In this document: positions 63,131 to 64,000 of the stretch, piece after piece | Numbering within the stretch: position 1 is the first letter of the stretch | How the letters are laid out: each line of letters begins with the position of its first letter | Origin: Marsupella aquatica | Taxonomy: Eukaryota > Plantae > Marchantiophyta | Assembly (NCBI GenBank): GCA_973895155.1 | Contig: OZ316898.1 | Coordinates: 13,856,330-13,920,329, forward strand | Length of the DNA stretch: 64,000 nucleotides | Reading direction: 5' to 3' | The notes under the pieces: model-generated | What the model was told of the DNA's origin: nothing | The model's database searches: none | What the model saw: the letters and a program-made list of their open reading frames with translations, nothing else | Program-made: the position numbers and the translations under genes

Positions 63131-64000
63131 GAGTTGGATACATCTCATTGGCTTGTTGTGTAACCAATAGGGGTCTCAAACCTCAAACACAGCCTTGATA
63201 ACTTATGAGCATAACAAGTTATAGACTGTCTGCAAAATTCACAATCCACAACTTTTGCCATAATGGAATCATGATTGTACATGCCATGACAGAAAATCAT
63301 TTTAAAGGGCCATTCATTGTTAGTAAAGTCTAGTGGAGAAATCAAAAACAAACATATTTACAGAACTGGGAAAAAGGTTACAGCCATTTCTGTATGGCCA
63401 ACAGATATGGTTGGCCAGGAGATTACTATTCATGCATAATAGATGAGGTTGTGCTGAAGATGTACTTGATAAATACATCATGGTGCAAAATATATCTTGA
63501 GTAAAAGATTTTGATTGTTAATAAGATCTCATCGCATCAAAATTGTTGTTGTCAAGTGAAAGATGTCATGACGCAAAAGAGACTACAATCCCCCACCCAA
63601 ATATGACAAAGTGTGTGGGTTTTCTCTTCATTTTTATCATTTTTAATTTTTTTCCCTTTCAAACTTAAACTTTAAAGTGGTTTCCCCTCTCTATTTTTCA
63701 CTGTTTTTTGGTCCCCTCTTTCTCTCATTGATTATGCTATGCACTACCTTATTGATAACATGACTGTGTAATTAAACTTCTATCATTATTACATAGGACC
63801 CCGGCATAGGACTATCATGCAATACAATTATATGGTCATGTCACGTCTTGGTTAATGTTCTGGTTAAACGTATGGCTGACATAGATTTTGCACGTGGTAT
63901 AAAGGACTGCTCAAGTTTCAAAAACATCCAGCTCATAAGCTATGTCTAGCTCCAAAAACCGGGCCAAGAATTAAAACCTATAATATATATACAAGGTCCT

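Overview
Eukaryotic, land-plant-like heterochromatic DNA made almost entirely of nested transposons. The TE lineages suggest a seed-free plant, but that is only an inference. Left part: a full-length Athila-like Ty3/Gypsy element (785-18045, minus strand, TSD AGAGG) interrupted by a 3.1-kb solo LTR and four DNA-transposon insertions with 8-bp TSDs. Right part: a four-deep nest. A Ty1/Copia element (20270-58376, TSD GACAC) contains a CACTA element (26312-57417, TSD ATC). The CACTA contains a large Sola-like DDD transposon (31752-53050), which in turn contains two TG...CA solo-LTR-like units that each carry a protein-coding gene. The most striking system is the Sola-like element. Removing its two insertions and four introns restores one ~1260-codon frame encoding a ParB/Srx-like domain, a bacterial-type beta-class N6A/N4C DNA methyltransferase and a Ulp1 (C48) peptidase. 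The element also carries an F-box-like gene and over 20 copies of a ~39-bp palindrome (core GGGATAC-N3-GTATCCC), mostly spaced ~90 bp apart and largely within predicted introns. The CACTA carries a SET-domain exon that appears to share its first exon with the transposase. The only host-gene remnant recognised is a pectin methylesterase fragment. The larger genes here are all pseudogenised copies. Domain calls come from motif recognition by eye, not database searches.
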